DNA from: an uncultured Desulfarculus sp.
GTDB lineage: Bacteria; Desulfobacterota; Desulfarculia; Desulfarculales; Desulfarculaceae
Reading direction: 5' to 3'
Assembly: GCA_963665125.2 (NCBI GenBank)
Contig: CAXXUK010000001.1
Location: 1,152,001-1,216,000 of the forward strand
Length of the DNA stretch: 64,000 bases
Part shown: one piece after another, positions 1 through 9,251 of the stretch
Numbering within the stretch: the stretch's first letter is position 1
Layout: the number at the start of each line of letters is the position of its first letter
Made by a program: the position numbers and the translations under genes
Notes under the pieces: model-generated
Database searches by the model: none
What the model was told of the DNA's origin: nothing
Seen by the model: the letters and a program-made list of their open reading frames with translations, nothing else

Positions 1-977
1 CCAACGCTGGCGTGCAGGCCGGCGACCGCATAGTCAAAATCGACGGCAAGCTGACCAAGGGCATGAGCCTGATGGACGCGGTCAAGGCCATTCGCGGCGA
101 AAAAGGCAGCAAGGTCGTATTGACCATGATGCGCGAAGGTGCGGCCCAACTGATCGACATCCCCATCGTCAGGGATCTGATTCCGATCCAGAGTGTGCGT
201 TTCAACCTCCTGGAAGACGGCTACGGCTATGTCCGCATCGTCAGCTTCCAGGAATCGACCACCAGGGACCTTATCGAGGCCCTGCAGACCCTGCAAAACC
301 AAAAGACGCCCCTGAGCGGCCTGATTCTGGACCTGCGCAACGATCCCGGCGGATTGCTGCAGGAATCGGTCACGGCGGCTGACCAGTTCCTGTCCAGCGG
401 CGTTATCGTCTCCACCAAGGGCCGCAGCAAGACCCAGGACATGGTCTTCAAGGCCTCACCCCAGGTCACCGCGGGCGACTATCCCATCATCGTCCTGGTC
501 AACCAGGGTTCGGCCAGCGCCAGCGAAATTCTGGCCGGTGCGCTGCAAGACCACAAGCGGGCCATGATCGTCGGCTCCCAGTCCTTTGGCAAGGGCTCGG
601 TGCAGACCATCATTCCCCTTGAGGACAACGGTGCCCTGCGCCTGACCACAGCCCGATACTATACGCCCAACGGCAGGGCCATCCAGGCCAAGGGCATCAC
701 GCCGGACCTGGTTGTCGACTTTGTTCCTCCCAAGGAAGATCCCAAGGACGACAAGGCCAAGGATCAGTCCATCCGGGAAAAAGATCTCCAGGGCGCCATG
801 AAGGCAGAGGGCGAAACCGATTCAGCCAAGCGCAAGAGCGAATCCAAGCTTTACTATGCCAAGGACCGCTTGGAGCGGGATAATCAGCTTAGGCGCGCTC
901 TGGATTTGCTCAAGGCCTGGCAGGTGTTCGCGCCCATAGCCAAACAGGACTCAGGCAAGGCCGCGGCAACCAAATAA
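1..977 (+). CDS. ctpA: S41A C-terminal processing protease (5' truncated by window)
   Basis: PDZ end plus LILDLRNDPGG, SASASEI and SFGKGSVQ motifs; frame open to window start. Confidence 0.95.
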   Translation, partial: NAGVQAGDRIVKIDGKLTKGMSLMDAVKAIRGEKGSKVVLTMMREGAAQLIDIPIVRDLIPIQSVRFNLLEDGYGYVRIVSFQESTTRDLIEALQTLQNQKTPLSGLILDLRNDPGGLLQESVTAADQFLSSGVIVSTKGRSKTQDMVFKASPQVTAGDYPIIVLVNQGSASASEILAGALQDHKRAMIVGSQSFGKGSVQTIIPLEDNGALRLTTARYYTPNGRAIQAKGITPDLVVDFVPPKEDPKDDKAKDQSIREKDLQGAMKAEGETDSAKRKSESKLYYAKDRLERDNQLRRALDLLKAWQVFAPIAKQDSGKAAATK

Positions 978-978
978 A

Positions 979-2256
979 TTGGCCCGGCGAAAAACCAACA
1001 AGAAATACAAGGGCCGCTTGGATAGCAAGCGGCCCGGCCCCAAAAAAAAGCAGCGTCGTTCCACTGCCGCCACAGTATGGAGCGACGTTCGCGTCTGGCT
1101 GTTGTGGACCGTGGCAGGGATACTGGTCACGGCCGCCGTGGCCCTTGCCTGGTATTTGGGTCAGGGAAACGGCAACCTGCCCACGCCGTTGGCTGACAAT
1201 GGCTCCAAACCAGCCTCTAATGCGACCATCGTCTTTGAGGAGACCCCGCCGCCGCTCCAGCGAACCGACAAACGAGAACAAATCAACGACGCCCTGCTGG
1301 AGGCCCTTGCCATGGGCGGCGTATCCCCGGCCCAGGCCAAACTGGCCGTTGTGGCCGAGCCATGGGGCGAGGTGTCGCAAATAAAGGCCTACTTGACCAA
1401 GGGCCAACAATGGCAGGACATTCGCAAGGCCCTTGATACCAAGACGCACCAACTTGCTACTAAAACACTCTGGCGCGAAATCGCCACCGGCCATATCCTG
1501 GAGCTTCAGCAAAACGGCCGGGTCACCCACCGCTTGATTCTGATCAAGGCAAAAACTCCGGACAAACCCATTGTCAGCAAAGGCAAGCCCAAGGTGGCCA
1601 TCGTCATTGACGACATGGGCTATCAGTTGGGCATGGCCAAACAGCTTATCGCCCTGGACATTCCACTCAGCTTTTCAATATTGCCCTACTCTCCACATGG
1701 CCACAAGGTGGCCAAACTGGCCGCCGCCAGCGGCAAGGATGTGCTGTTGCACCTGCCCATGGAGCCCAAATCATATCCGGGCACCAGCCCCGGGCCAGGC
1801 GGGCTCTATCGCAATATGACGGCCGAAGACCTGGCCGTACAGACCGCCAGGGATCTTGACTTCCTGCCACAGGCGAAGGGTGTCAACAACCATATGGGTT
1901 CCAGCCTTACCGAGGACAGAGAGGCCCTTCTGCCGGTGTTGCGGACAATCCGGGCCAGGGGGCTGTTTTTCGTTGACAGCTTTACCTCCCCACGGTCCAA
2001 GGCTTATGAACTTGCGGGCGAATTAAAGATGCGCCGGGGCCGCAGAGGCGTGTTTTTGGACCACGATCAAAGCCAGGAGGCCATCGAGCACCAGTTGGAG
2101 ACCTTGATCCATCTGGCCCAGAACGGCCACGGCGTCATCGCCATCGGCCATCCACACACCAACACCCTAAACGCCCTTAAAAATTACGAAGACCGCCTGA
2201 AAAACGAAGTACGGATGGTGCCGGTTTCGGAAATCGTAAACGGTTCCGCTAATTAG
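979..2256 (+). CDS. Divergent polysaccharide deacetylase (YibQ/DUF610 family) with N-terminal membrane anchor
   Basis: AIVIDDMG, LLHLPMEP, NNHMGS, FFVDSFT, AIGHP motifs; usual position after ctpA; TTG start. Confidence 0.92.
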   Translation: MARRKTNKKYKGRLDSKRPGPKKKQRRSTAATVWSDVRVWLLWTVAGILVTAAVALAWYLGQGNGNLPTPLADNGSKPASNATIVFEETPPPLQRTDKREQINDALLEALAMGGVSPAQAKLAVVAEPWGEVSQIKAYLTKGQQWQDIRKALDTKTHQLATKTLWREIATGHILELQQNGRVTHRLILIKAKTPDKPIVSKGKPKVAIVIDDMGYQLGMAKQLIALDIPLSFSILPYSPHGHKVAKLAAASGKDVLLHLPMEPKSYPGTSPGPGGLYRNMTAEDLAVQTARDLDFLPQAKGVNNHMGSSLTEDREALLPVLRTIRARGLFFVDSFTSPRSKAYELAGELKMRRGRRGVFLDHDQSQEAIEHQLETLIHLAQNGHGVIAIGHPHTNTLNALKNYEDRLKNEVRMVPVSEIVNGSAN

Positions 2257-2753
2257 CCCGCGGCTAGGGCGGGAAACCACAGCAACAGCCCGTATTGCAT
2301 TAGCCGAACCGCCAGCAGGGCATATAACCCGGCAAGCATGTCGTCGATCACGATACCCCACTGGCCAGGCAGTTTTTGGCTCCAACCCACCGGAAACGGT
2401 TTGAGGATATCAAAAAAACGGAAGGCTATGAAGGCGGCGGGCAGGCGCCAGTCCAATGAGGCGATGCCGTACATGGCTATGGCCACGCCCACGGCCTCGT
2501 CGATAACCACCGGCGATGGATCCTGATCGTCGCCGAAGACTTTGTACGCAAGGGCCGCACGGCAGGCCCATAGGGCGAGAACCGTCAGCAGCGAAATAAA
2601 CGCAACATACCAGGTCCCGAACAGAGGCCAACCGCCGAGCCACAACCAGACCGCTGCAATCCCGGCAACCAGCGCCGAGCCGTAGGTGCCGGGCGCGCCG
2701 GGCAACAGGCCGACGATCATTGTTACAATGTATTTTATGAGTACTTTGGCCAC
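2253..2753 (-). CDS. pgpA: Phosphatidylglycerophosphatase A
   Basis: APGTYGS, DPSPVVIDE, FRFFDILKPFP, GIVIDD motifs. Confidence 0.93.
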   Translation of the reverse strand: MAKVLIKYIVTMIVGLLPGAPGTYGSALVAGIAAVWLWLGGWPLFGTWYVAFISLLTVLALWACRAALAYKVFGDDQDPSPVVIDEAVGVAIAMYGIASLDWRLPAAFIAFRFFDILKPFPVGWSQKLPGQWGIVIDDMLAGLYALLAVRLMQYGLLLWFPALAAG

Positions 2754-2848
2754 CAGCCCCGCTTTCCCGGTTTCCGTGAGCTATTGTCTGTTGGCTTTAA
2801 CGTCAGCATCTGTTATAGCAAAGCAAACCGTATCCAGCGGAGGATAAA

Positions 2849-3814
2849 GTGATTGAACCCCTGCTTCTGACTGCCGCTTTGGTTTTGGACGCCCTGATCG
2901 GCGACCCTCCCACATGGCCTCACATGGTCAGGTTCATAGGCTCGGCCATCAAGGCATTCGAGCAAAATCTCCGCAGAAGAAGGCCCTCCGCTGCCGAGCA
3001 GCAAGTGGCCGGTCTGTTGCTGGTGTGCATCGTTGTCGGCGGCTCTTGGCTTGTTGCCTGGTCTTTCCTTTTCGTCACCTTCAATCTCTGGGCTCCGCTG
3101 GGCTGGATCATGGCCCTCATTTTTGCATTTCAAAGCGTGGCCGCCGGTCAGCTGTGGCGCGAGGCGGTGCGTGTTGCCGAGCCCCTGGACAGGGGTGACA
3201 TCGAGTTGGCCCGCATCCGTCTGGCCATGATCGTGGGCCGGGACACTGCCAGGCTCGACGAGGCAGGCGTTCGCAGGGCGATCATTGAAACCGTCGCCGA
3301 AAACCTCAACGACGGCGTCATAGCCCCGCTGTTTTACATGGCCCTGGGAGGACCGGCCCTGTCTGTGGCTTTCAAGGCCGTCAACACCCTGGATTCGATG
3401 ATCGGCTATAAAAACGATCGATACATAAACTACGGCCGGGCCGCGGCAAAGTTCGACGACATTGTGGGCTGGATTCCAGCGAGGCTCAGCGCGCTGTTTA
3501 TCGCTGCGGCCGCTTCGTTGACCGGCACGAACGCCAGGGGCGCCTGGCTGTCGGGTTTGGCCAATCACGGCGCCCATCCCAGCCCCAATTCCGGCTGGCC
3601 CGAGGCAGCCGCGGCCGGGGCTCTGGGGCTGCGTCTGGGCGGACCCACGGTGTACGGCGGAGTATTGCATGACAAGCCCTGGATAAACAGCGCCGGACGC
3701 GACGCGGCCAAGGGCGACGTGCAGGCCGTAAACAGGCTTCTGGTGATCGCCACGCTTCTGGCCGGCCTGGCTGCCGCCTTCACTGCCTGGCTATTGCCGT
3801 TTAGCTGGTTCTAG
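2849..3814 (+). CDS. cbiB: Adenosylcobinamide-phosphate synthase
   Basis: GDP..WPH, IVGRDT, ETVAENLNDG, NTLDSMIGY, HPSPNSGWPE; GGAGG RBS before GTG. Confidence 0.95.
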   Translation: MIEPLLLTAALVLDALIGDPPTWPHMVRFIGSAIKAFEQNLRRRRPSAAEQQVAGLLLVCIVVGGSWLVAWSFLFVTFNLWAPLGWIMALIFAFQSVAAGQLWREAVRVAEPLDRGDIELARIRLAMIVGRDTARLDEAGVRRAIIETVAENLNDGVIAPLFYMALGGPALSVAFKAVNTLDSMIGYKNDRYINYGRAAAKFDDIVGWIPARLSALFIAAAASLTGTNARGAWLSGLANHGAHPSPNSGWPEAAAAGALGLRLGGPTVYGGVLHDKPWINSAGRDAAKGDVQAVNRLLVIATLLAGLAAAFTAWLLPFSWF

Positions 3815-4206
3815 GGCCTGACCGCGCTGAGCACGACCTCCGGTGGATCGACCAAGACCTTCTTGACGGCGCATTGACCGGCCACCCTTAGAACCGCCTT
3901 TTCGTATTTTTCCGGGAATTCCGGCGGCAATTGCACGTCAATCTCAATGCGCTCCACCTTTTGGCCTGACGCGTCGTGGATCATTCTCTGCTTGAGTTGA
4001 ATGCCTTTGGTGTCTATTTGGCGGGCTTCGCAGAAACCCTGCACATATGCAGCGGCGCAGGTTCCCAGGCTGGCCAGGAATAAAAAGAACGGGGCCGGAG
4101 CGCTGTTTTCACCTCCGGCAAATGAAGGCTGGTCCGTGGCTACTACGTGATTGTCCCAGCGGGCTTCAATCTTTTTTCCGCCGTTGAATACAATGTCCAT
4201 TTCCAT
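3811..4206 (-). CDS. OsmC/Ohr family protein
   Basis: TDQP..GG....P.P..FLASLGTCA and second Cys in QCAVKK; start uncertain (4206 or 4212). Confidence 0.85.
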   Translation of the reverse strand: MEMDIVFNGGKKIEARWDNHVVATDQPSFAGGENSAPAPFFLFLASLGTCAAAYVQGFCEARQIDTKGIQLKQRMIHDASGQKVERIEIDVQLPPEFPEKYEKAVLRVAGQCAVKKVLVDPPEVVLSAVRP

Positions 4207-4284
4207 CGGCATCACCCAAGAAAACCAGAGCCGCAGCAATTTCCGCCGCGGCTGCCAACAAGAGACGTGGTTTTAACGTAATTT

Positions 4285-4707
4285 TTATTTGATGTTTTTG
4301 GTGATCTCGTCGTTCACCGCTTCATAAATTTCTTCGTCGGTGCCGTAGATATCGACAACAGTACGATGATTGAGAAGCTTTTCAATTATGAATGCCGTTA
4401 TATAAAGGCTGACCCTGTTCGGCTTGGACACCAGATCGCGAATGGGGGAAATTGCGAATTGTATATCAAAGTCTTCGGCGTTGAGCAGGTCGTTGATGCA
4501 GCCGAAAAGTTGTTCTTCCAGCTCACGGATATTTTTAACTTCGACCAGACCGGCATCGACGAGTTTGAGGGCCAATTTGCGGGAAATTTCCTCGCCAAGA
4601 TCATTGAGCATGGCCAATTGCCGGCTCCAGGCTGATTGGCGCGAGCTTTCCAATCTGGAAATCAGATTGCTTTCACGGTAATTTGTGCTGAAACCTCCAG
4701 CGCCCAT
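4285..4707 (-). CDS. Hypothetical cytoplasmic protein, DUF507-like
   Basis: Clean ORF with GGAAGG RBS; acidic C-terminus VVDIYGTDEEIY reminiscent of DUF507; family call tentative. Confidence 0.6.
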   Translation of the reverse strand: MGAGGFSTNYRESNLISRLESSRQSAWSRQLAMLNDLGEEISRKLALKLVDAGLVEVKNIRELEEQLFGCINDLLNAEDFDIQFAISPIRDLVSKPNRVSLYITAFIIEKLLNHRTVVDIYGTDEEIYEAVNDEITKNIK

Positions 4708-4869
4708 TTTTTACCTTCCTTACTGTCGTGTCAGCGCACATCCCAAGATTTGGGTTTAATGCGCGTTAGTCCGCCATGGGGTATCTTTTATTTCCCTGTT
4801 GGCGTGCTTTATGGGTTTTCTAACACCAGCAGACCACATTAGCAACGAATTGTTTAAAGAATTACAAAA

Positions 4870-5601
4870 ATGAACACAGAATATTTCAACAATGATTGCC
4901 CGGAAGAACTTGAAGACGAAGTATTCATGATCGAGACCGCCGGAGAAATGCCGGAAGTTGCATTGGCCGAGAGCCTGGAGGCCTTGGGCGTAATTGAAAA
5001 CTCTTGGCGAAAATGCCTGGAAGCGGCCGTTGCCCGCACATACATTGCCATGATATCCCGCGATTTTAACCCGGACAATGTGGGTCTCAGCCACTACCGT
5101 GGTCTTGGGCGCGCCCTGGCCAACATCGGCAGACTCGAAACCTTTTTGGCCAAATGCGGCGACAGCCTGCCCAAGGGGCTCGTCGACAGCCTGTCCCGTC
5201 AACTTTGGCGTTACCTTGAAAATGAAAACCAAGCCCTGGCCGATGGCCGAAAGTATATCAGCGCCGCCCCCCGGCACATCACCCGCCTATGCGAGGTGTT
5301 GCGGCTGGACATGAGCGAACTCCGGGTTCTTGGGGATGGGATGAGCGCCCTGCCCGCCCTGGACGTCATGGGCCTGATCAAACTGCGGGCCCTTGAAGAC
5401 GCGGGCGGGCAATACAAGCGCCGCCGGGACGGGGCCGGCCAGGTGTTGATCGAAATACTTGACGGTCAAGGCCGGGTCGCCCAAACCAACGCCATGAGCA
5501 CCCTGGGCCCAAGAGACGAAAACGACCCGGCGATGATGCGCCGGGCCGAATTGGTTTGGTCAATGCTGGCTTTGCCGGAGTATCCCGAAAGCAATTATTG
5601 A
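4870..5601 (+). CDS. Hypothetical protein
   Basis: 243-aa ORF with protein-like composition filling the gap between genes; no family recognised. Confidence 0.7.
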   Translation: MNTEYFNNDCPEELEDEVFMIETAGEMPEVALAESLEALGVIENSWRKCLEAAVARTYIAMISRDFNPDNVGLSHYRGLGRALANIGRLETFLAKCGDSLPKGLVDSLSRQLWRYLENENQALADGRKYISAAPRHITRLCEVLRLDMSELRVLGDGMSALPALDVMGLIKLRALEDAGGQYKRRRDGAGQVLIEILDGQGRVAQTNAMSTLGPRDENDPAMMRRAELVWSMLALPEYPESNY

Positions 5602-7004
5602 TTGTGCTTCTTCAGGTCGGCCTGCATCTGGGGCGGTATGGCCATGCCCATGGCGGCGGCCCTGCGGGCGTGGTCGTTGGCCGATTGCCAGTCGCCCAAG
5701 TTGATGTAGGCCAAAGCGGCATTGAAGTGGGCAGGAGCCATGTTGGGATCCAACTCAAGGCCCTTGTTGTACTCGTCAATGGCCTTGTTGAACTGCTTTT
5801 CCTGGGCATATAGATTGCCCAGGCTCAAATGCGGCAGGGCGAATGACGGGTTGACCGACAAGGCCTTATGAAAGCTTTTTTCAGCTTCGGTTTGGCGGCC
5901 CAGGTGCATGTAGATCAGGCCCAGGTCGTTGTAGGCTTCCTCAAAATAAGGATTGGCCGCGATTGCCGAGCGGAAGTAGCCTTCGGCCTTTTGGGCGTTG
6001 CCCTCCATAACTGAAATCTGGCCCATCTGATAAAGGGCCTGGGCCATGGCCGGTTTGAGTTCCAGGGCCTTTTCCAAATTGACTTTGGCCTGCTTCGGTT
6101 TCATGGCGTAAACATCCATGATTCCAAGGCTGAGATAGGCTTCGGCGATTTTGGGGTTCTGGGCCAGCAGTTCTTCGAGCATCTTGCGGGCCTTGCCCTC
6201 ATCACCCTGGCCGGCGACCATGTTGGCCTCGAAAAGCCGCGCCTGCCAGAGGGTTGAATCCTGCTTGTACGCCCTGGCGAAAAGTTCGCCCGCCCGGGCC
6301 GAATCTCCATCGTTTAAGGCCATGAAGCCGTCGCCAAAGACCACCGCGGCGTTTTTGTTGTATTTATTCTGCAAAACTCCGTCGCAGACCTGCTTGAGGA
6401 ACGCGGCGCTTTCTTCATAGGGGTTGTAGCCCAGGGCCTCTGATGCCTTTTTGTCCGCTTCCTGGAAGTCGCCGGCGACCATGGCCTCGATACAGGCCAT
6501 AATCGAACGCCTTGATTTTAAATAACCAGGCGTTTCTTCGATGTCCGAGGCCTTCAATTCGGGCAGTGGCGCGATCTTGGGCTGGAAATGAGTCTGCGGC
6601 AGCAGGGCTATGTTGGTTTTTTCCTTGACCGGCTCCTCTTTACGGGGCTGATCAAAGCGCATCAAAACAGCGTAGCCGTCTTCGACGGGCACCACGGCGC
6701 TGGGCTTGTTGGGAGCTAGATCCTTGATCGCGTTGCGGTATTCAAGGCGCATGCTCTTTAAATTTTGCCGCCCCACCCTGCCGCCTCTGGAAACGGCCGG
6801 TCCCTGGGAATACTTGCGGGCGGTTTCCTCAAAAGAGGCTCCCTTTGCCAGCTTGCCGCGTATCTGCTCGGCCTCCTGTTGAGTGGCCACCGTGATTATG
6901 CCCAAATCAACGGTTTCATCGGCCATGGCTGGTGCGACGCCAAGGACAATGAGAACCAGGAAAAAAACTGGTAGACCGAATCCGCGCAACAAACCGTGTT
7001 TCAT
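5595..7004 (-). CDS. Exported PpiC-type rotamase domain + TPR repeat protein
   Basis: Signal peptide, GASFEETARKYS...RGG parvulin motif, several C-terminal TPRs; GGAG RBS before ATG 7004. Confidence 0.88.
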   Translation of the reverse strand: MKHGLLRGFGLPVFFLVLIVLGVAPAMADETVDLGIITVATQQEAEQIRGKLAKGASFEETARKYSQGPAVSRGGRVGRQNLKSMRLEYRNAIKDLAPNKPSAVVPVEDGYAVLMRFDQPRKEEPVKEKTNIALLPQTHFQPKIAPLPELKASDIEETPGYLKSRRSIMACIEAMVAGDFQEADKKASEALGYNPYEESAAFLKQVCDGVLQNKYNKNAAVVFGDGFMALNDGDSARAGELFARAYKQDSTLWQARLFEANMVAGQGDEGKARKMLEELLAQNPKIAEAYLSLGIMDVYAMKPKQAKVNLEKALELKPAMAQALYQMGQISVMEGNAQKAEGYFRSAIAANPYFEEAYNDLGLIYMHLGRQTEAEKSFHKALSVNPSFALPHLSLGNLYAQEKQFNKAIDEYNKGLELDPNMAPAHFNAALAYINLGDWQSANDHARRAAAMGMAIPPQMQADLKKHNQ

Positions 7005-7095
7005 ATTGCTCTCCGCTGTTTGCCGTTTTGCTACAGCTTGATAAACCGCCGACGGCCAAGATGTCAACCCTTAGCAATCCTATTGATCTAACGGG

Positions 7096-7124
7096 TTGAA
7101 ACGAATCAGCCAAACGGTCATAAT
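7096..7124 (+). promoter_or_regulatory. Putative sigma70 promoter for the YeeE gene
   Basis: TTGAAA-N17-CATAAT. Confidence 0.55.
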
Positions 7125-7230
7125 CGACTTGTTCACAAAGCTTGATCTCGAGACTCATTTTGCCTAATTTCAGGGTCAGCAAGATTATACATCATGATCG
7201 ACTGAGTGGTTAACCTCTGCCGCACCGGAG

Positions 7231-8421
7231 ATGATAATGGCCGAAAGCGTATTGGTTGAAAAGTTCAAGGAAGGCTACGCCGCCGTATTTGACAACAACT
7301 GGCCCCTATGGATCGGAGGTCTGTTCCTGGCCCTGCTGGGGATCCTGTGCATGGTGGCCGGGCGCCCCTGGGGCGTTGCCGGCGGCCTTCGCGTATGGGG
7401 AGACTGGTTCTTTTACGGCATTGGTCTTTACGGCCAAGCTCCAACTAAGGCCCTGTTTCTCAGCGACGCGTCGATTCTCACCTGGGGCCTGCTGTTCGGG
7501 GCGTTTGGCTCCGCGCTTTTGTCCAAACAGTTCGCCCTGCGCATGGCGCCCAACCTGGAGCTGATCAAGGGCGTGGTCGGCGGCATCCTCATGGGCATCG
7601 GTTCGGTCTTTGCCGGCGGGTGCAACGTGGGTGGTTTCTACAGCGCCCTGGCCGCTGGCAGCGTCAGCGGCTTCGGCATGATGATCGGGCTGATCCTTGG
7701 CGCTATTATCGGCCTGAAGTACCTTCTGTGGGAGATCGAACACATCCCCACCAAACCGCCCAAACAAAAGCCGCCCAAGGCCGAGAATGCCTTTGACTGG
7801 TACAAGGTGCAACCATGGCTGGGCGCGGGTTTCTTTGTCCTGCTCATCGGCTACGGCTACTGCCTGGGCCTACGGGCCTATGCCCATGAAGCCCAGCTGC
7901 TCATGCTGGCCGTGGCCATCGGCCTGGTGATCCAGCGCTGCCGTTTCTGCTTCGTGCGTTCGTTCCGCGATCCGTTCATGACCGGCGAGGCCGAGGCCAC
8001 CCGGGCCGTAGCCTTCAGCGTTATCGTCAGCGTTCTGGGCTTCTTCCTGGTCAAGTGGTACAACTCCGACCTGGCGTTGGTCTATACCTATCATCACTGG
8101 ATCGGCGGCCTGGTGGGCGGCCTGATTTTCGGCATCGGCATGCTCCTGGCGGGCGGCTGCGGCTCCGGCTCGGTGTGGCGCGCCGGTGAGGGCCACATCA
8201 AGCTTATCATCGCGGTGATCTTCTTCGCCCTGTCCAACAGCTTGTTCAAGGAGTACGTCTTCACCAACAAAGTCGCGGCGTCCTGGGGCAAGAGCGGCCT
8301 GTTCCTGCCCGACCTGGTGGGCGGATACTTCTGGGCCATCCTGCTCACGGCGGGCGTGATGCTCGTTTGGTGGGCGATCATGGCTTGGAACGAGGAAACC
8401 GACAAACTGACGCTTGTTTAG
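7231..8421 (+). CDS. YeeE/YedE (TsuA-like) thiosulfate/sulfur-compound transporter
   Basis: Multi-TM; AGGCNVG, QRCRFCF and AGGCGSG Cys motifs. Confidence 0.92.
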   Translation: MIMAESVLVEKFKEGYAAVFDNNWPLWIGGLFLALLGILCMVAGRPWGVAGGLRVWGDWFFYGIGLYGQAPTKALFLSDASILTWGLLFGAFGSALLSKQFALRMAPNLELIKGVVGGILMGIGSVFAGGCNVGGFYSALAAGSVSGFGMMIGLILGAIIGLKYLLWEIEHIPTKPPKQKPPKAENAFDWYKVQPWLGAGFFVLLIGYGYCLGLRAYAHEAQLLMLAVAIGLVIQRCRFCFVRSFRDPFMTGEAEATRAVAFSVIVSVLGFFLVKWYNSDLALVYTYHHWIGGLVGGLIFGIGMLLAGGCGSGSVWRAGEGHIKLIIAVIFFALSNSLFKEYVFTNKVAASWGKSGLFLPDLVGGYFWAILLTAGVMLVWWAIMAWNEETDKLTLV

Positions 8422-8509
8422 TGTGAAATAAGAATCATTCGCCAACAGCGATGTGATTCGGTAGTATATGAAAAAGTGACCTGAGCAAATCTAGCCAAGG
8501 AGTAAAGAT

Positions 8510-8746
8510 ATGGCTGAGTGGACCCCTGATGAGGTATTGGATGCCCGCGGGCTGACCTGCCCCATGCCCATCCTCAAGACCAAAAAGCTGATCAAAAACA
8601 TGAAACCGGGCCAAATCCTGGAGATCCAAGGCACCGACCCCGGAACCCGCAACGACCTTCCCGCCTTTACCTCCCGCTCCGGCGACGAATACCTGGGCGA
8701 GGAAGAGCGTGACGGCTACATCAGCTTCTTCCTCAAAAAGGGCTAA
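8510..8746 (+). CDS. TusA/YeeD family sulfurtransferase
   Basis: LDARGLTCPMPIL motif, 78 aa, AAGGAG RBS. Confidence 0.93.
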   Translation: MAEWTPDEVLDARGLTCPMPILKTKKLIKNMKPGQILEIQGTDPGTRNDLPAFTSRSGDEYLGEEERDGYISFFLKKG

Positions 8747-8768
8747 TCGCTCGACATATTCAGCGATT

Positions 8769-8806
8769 CAGCGGGGATCGGCAAAACGCCGGTCCCCGCT
8801 GCTTTT
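8769..8806 (+). terminator. Intrinsic terminator between convergent genes
   Basis: CAGCGGGGATCGGC / GCCGGTCCCCGCTG stem followed by T run. Confidence 0.7.
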
Positions 8807-9203
8807 ATTCATAGAGCTTCAGGTGGGTGTGTTCCTTGCCCAGGAAAAAGCTGGTCTGGGCCACCTTGTCGGCCCGCTTGGAAAAGCTGATCACGATCTT
8901 GTGGGGGCAATCGACCCACTCCAGGTTTTTCAGACGGGGCAACTCCACCAGGGCATCGACAACAAAGGCAATTTCTACCTTGGGCGTCTCGCCGGACGCG
9001 TCTACGCCCACCAGATCGATGACGTCCCTGGTGCTGCGGGGCGGTCTCCAGCCCATCAGCGGAACGAGGCCCATGTCCCGCACGGCCCCGGCCAGAAAGC
9101 AAACCAGGCCGCGTCTGATCACCTCGTCCTGCACCATGACCTCAGGTATTGTCTCGATATGTTGGCGCATGGCCCCGGCCAACGCTTGCAGCTTATCGTT
9201 CAT
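8805..9203 (-). CDS. Hypothetical protein
   Basis: ORF with GGAGG RBS before ATG 9203; alpha/beta pattern. Confidence 0.7.
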   Translation of the reverse strand: MNDKLQALAGAMRQHIETIPEVMVQDEVIRRGLVCFLAGAVRDMGLVPLMGWRPPRSTRDVIDLVGVDASGETPKVEIAFVVDALVELPRLKNLEWVDCPHKIVISFSKRADKVAQTSFFLGKEHTHLKLYE

Positions 9204-9251
9204 ATTCAAGCCTCCACTTGCCTCTGGCGCGTATTTGGTCCAAGCTAACCC

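Noticed and set aside
7121..7138. Rex box upstream of yeeE
   Set aside because: Only the TTCACAA half-site matches
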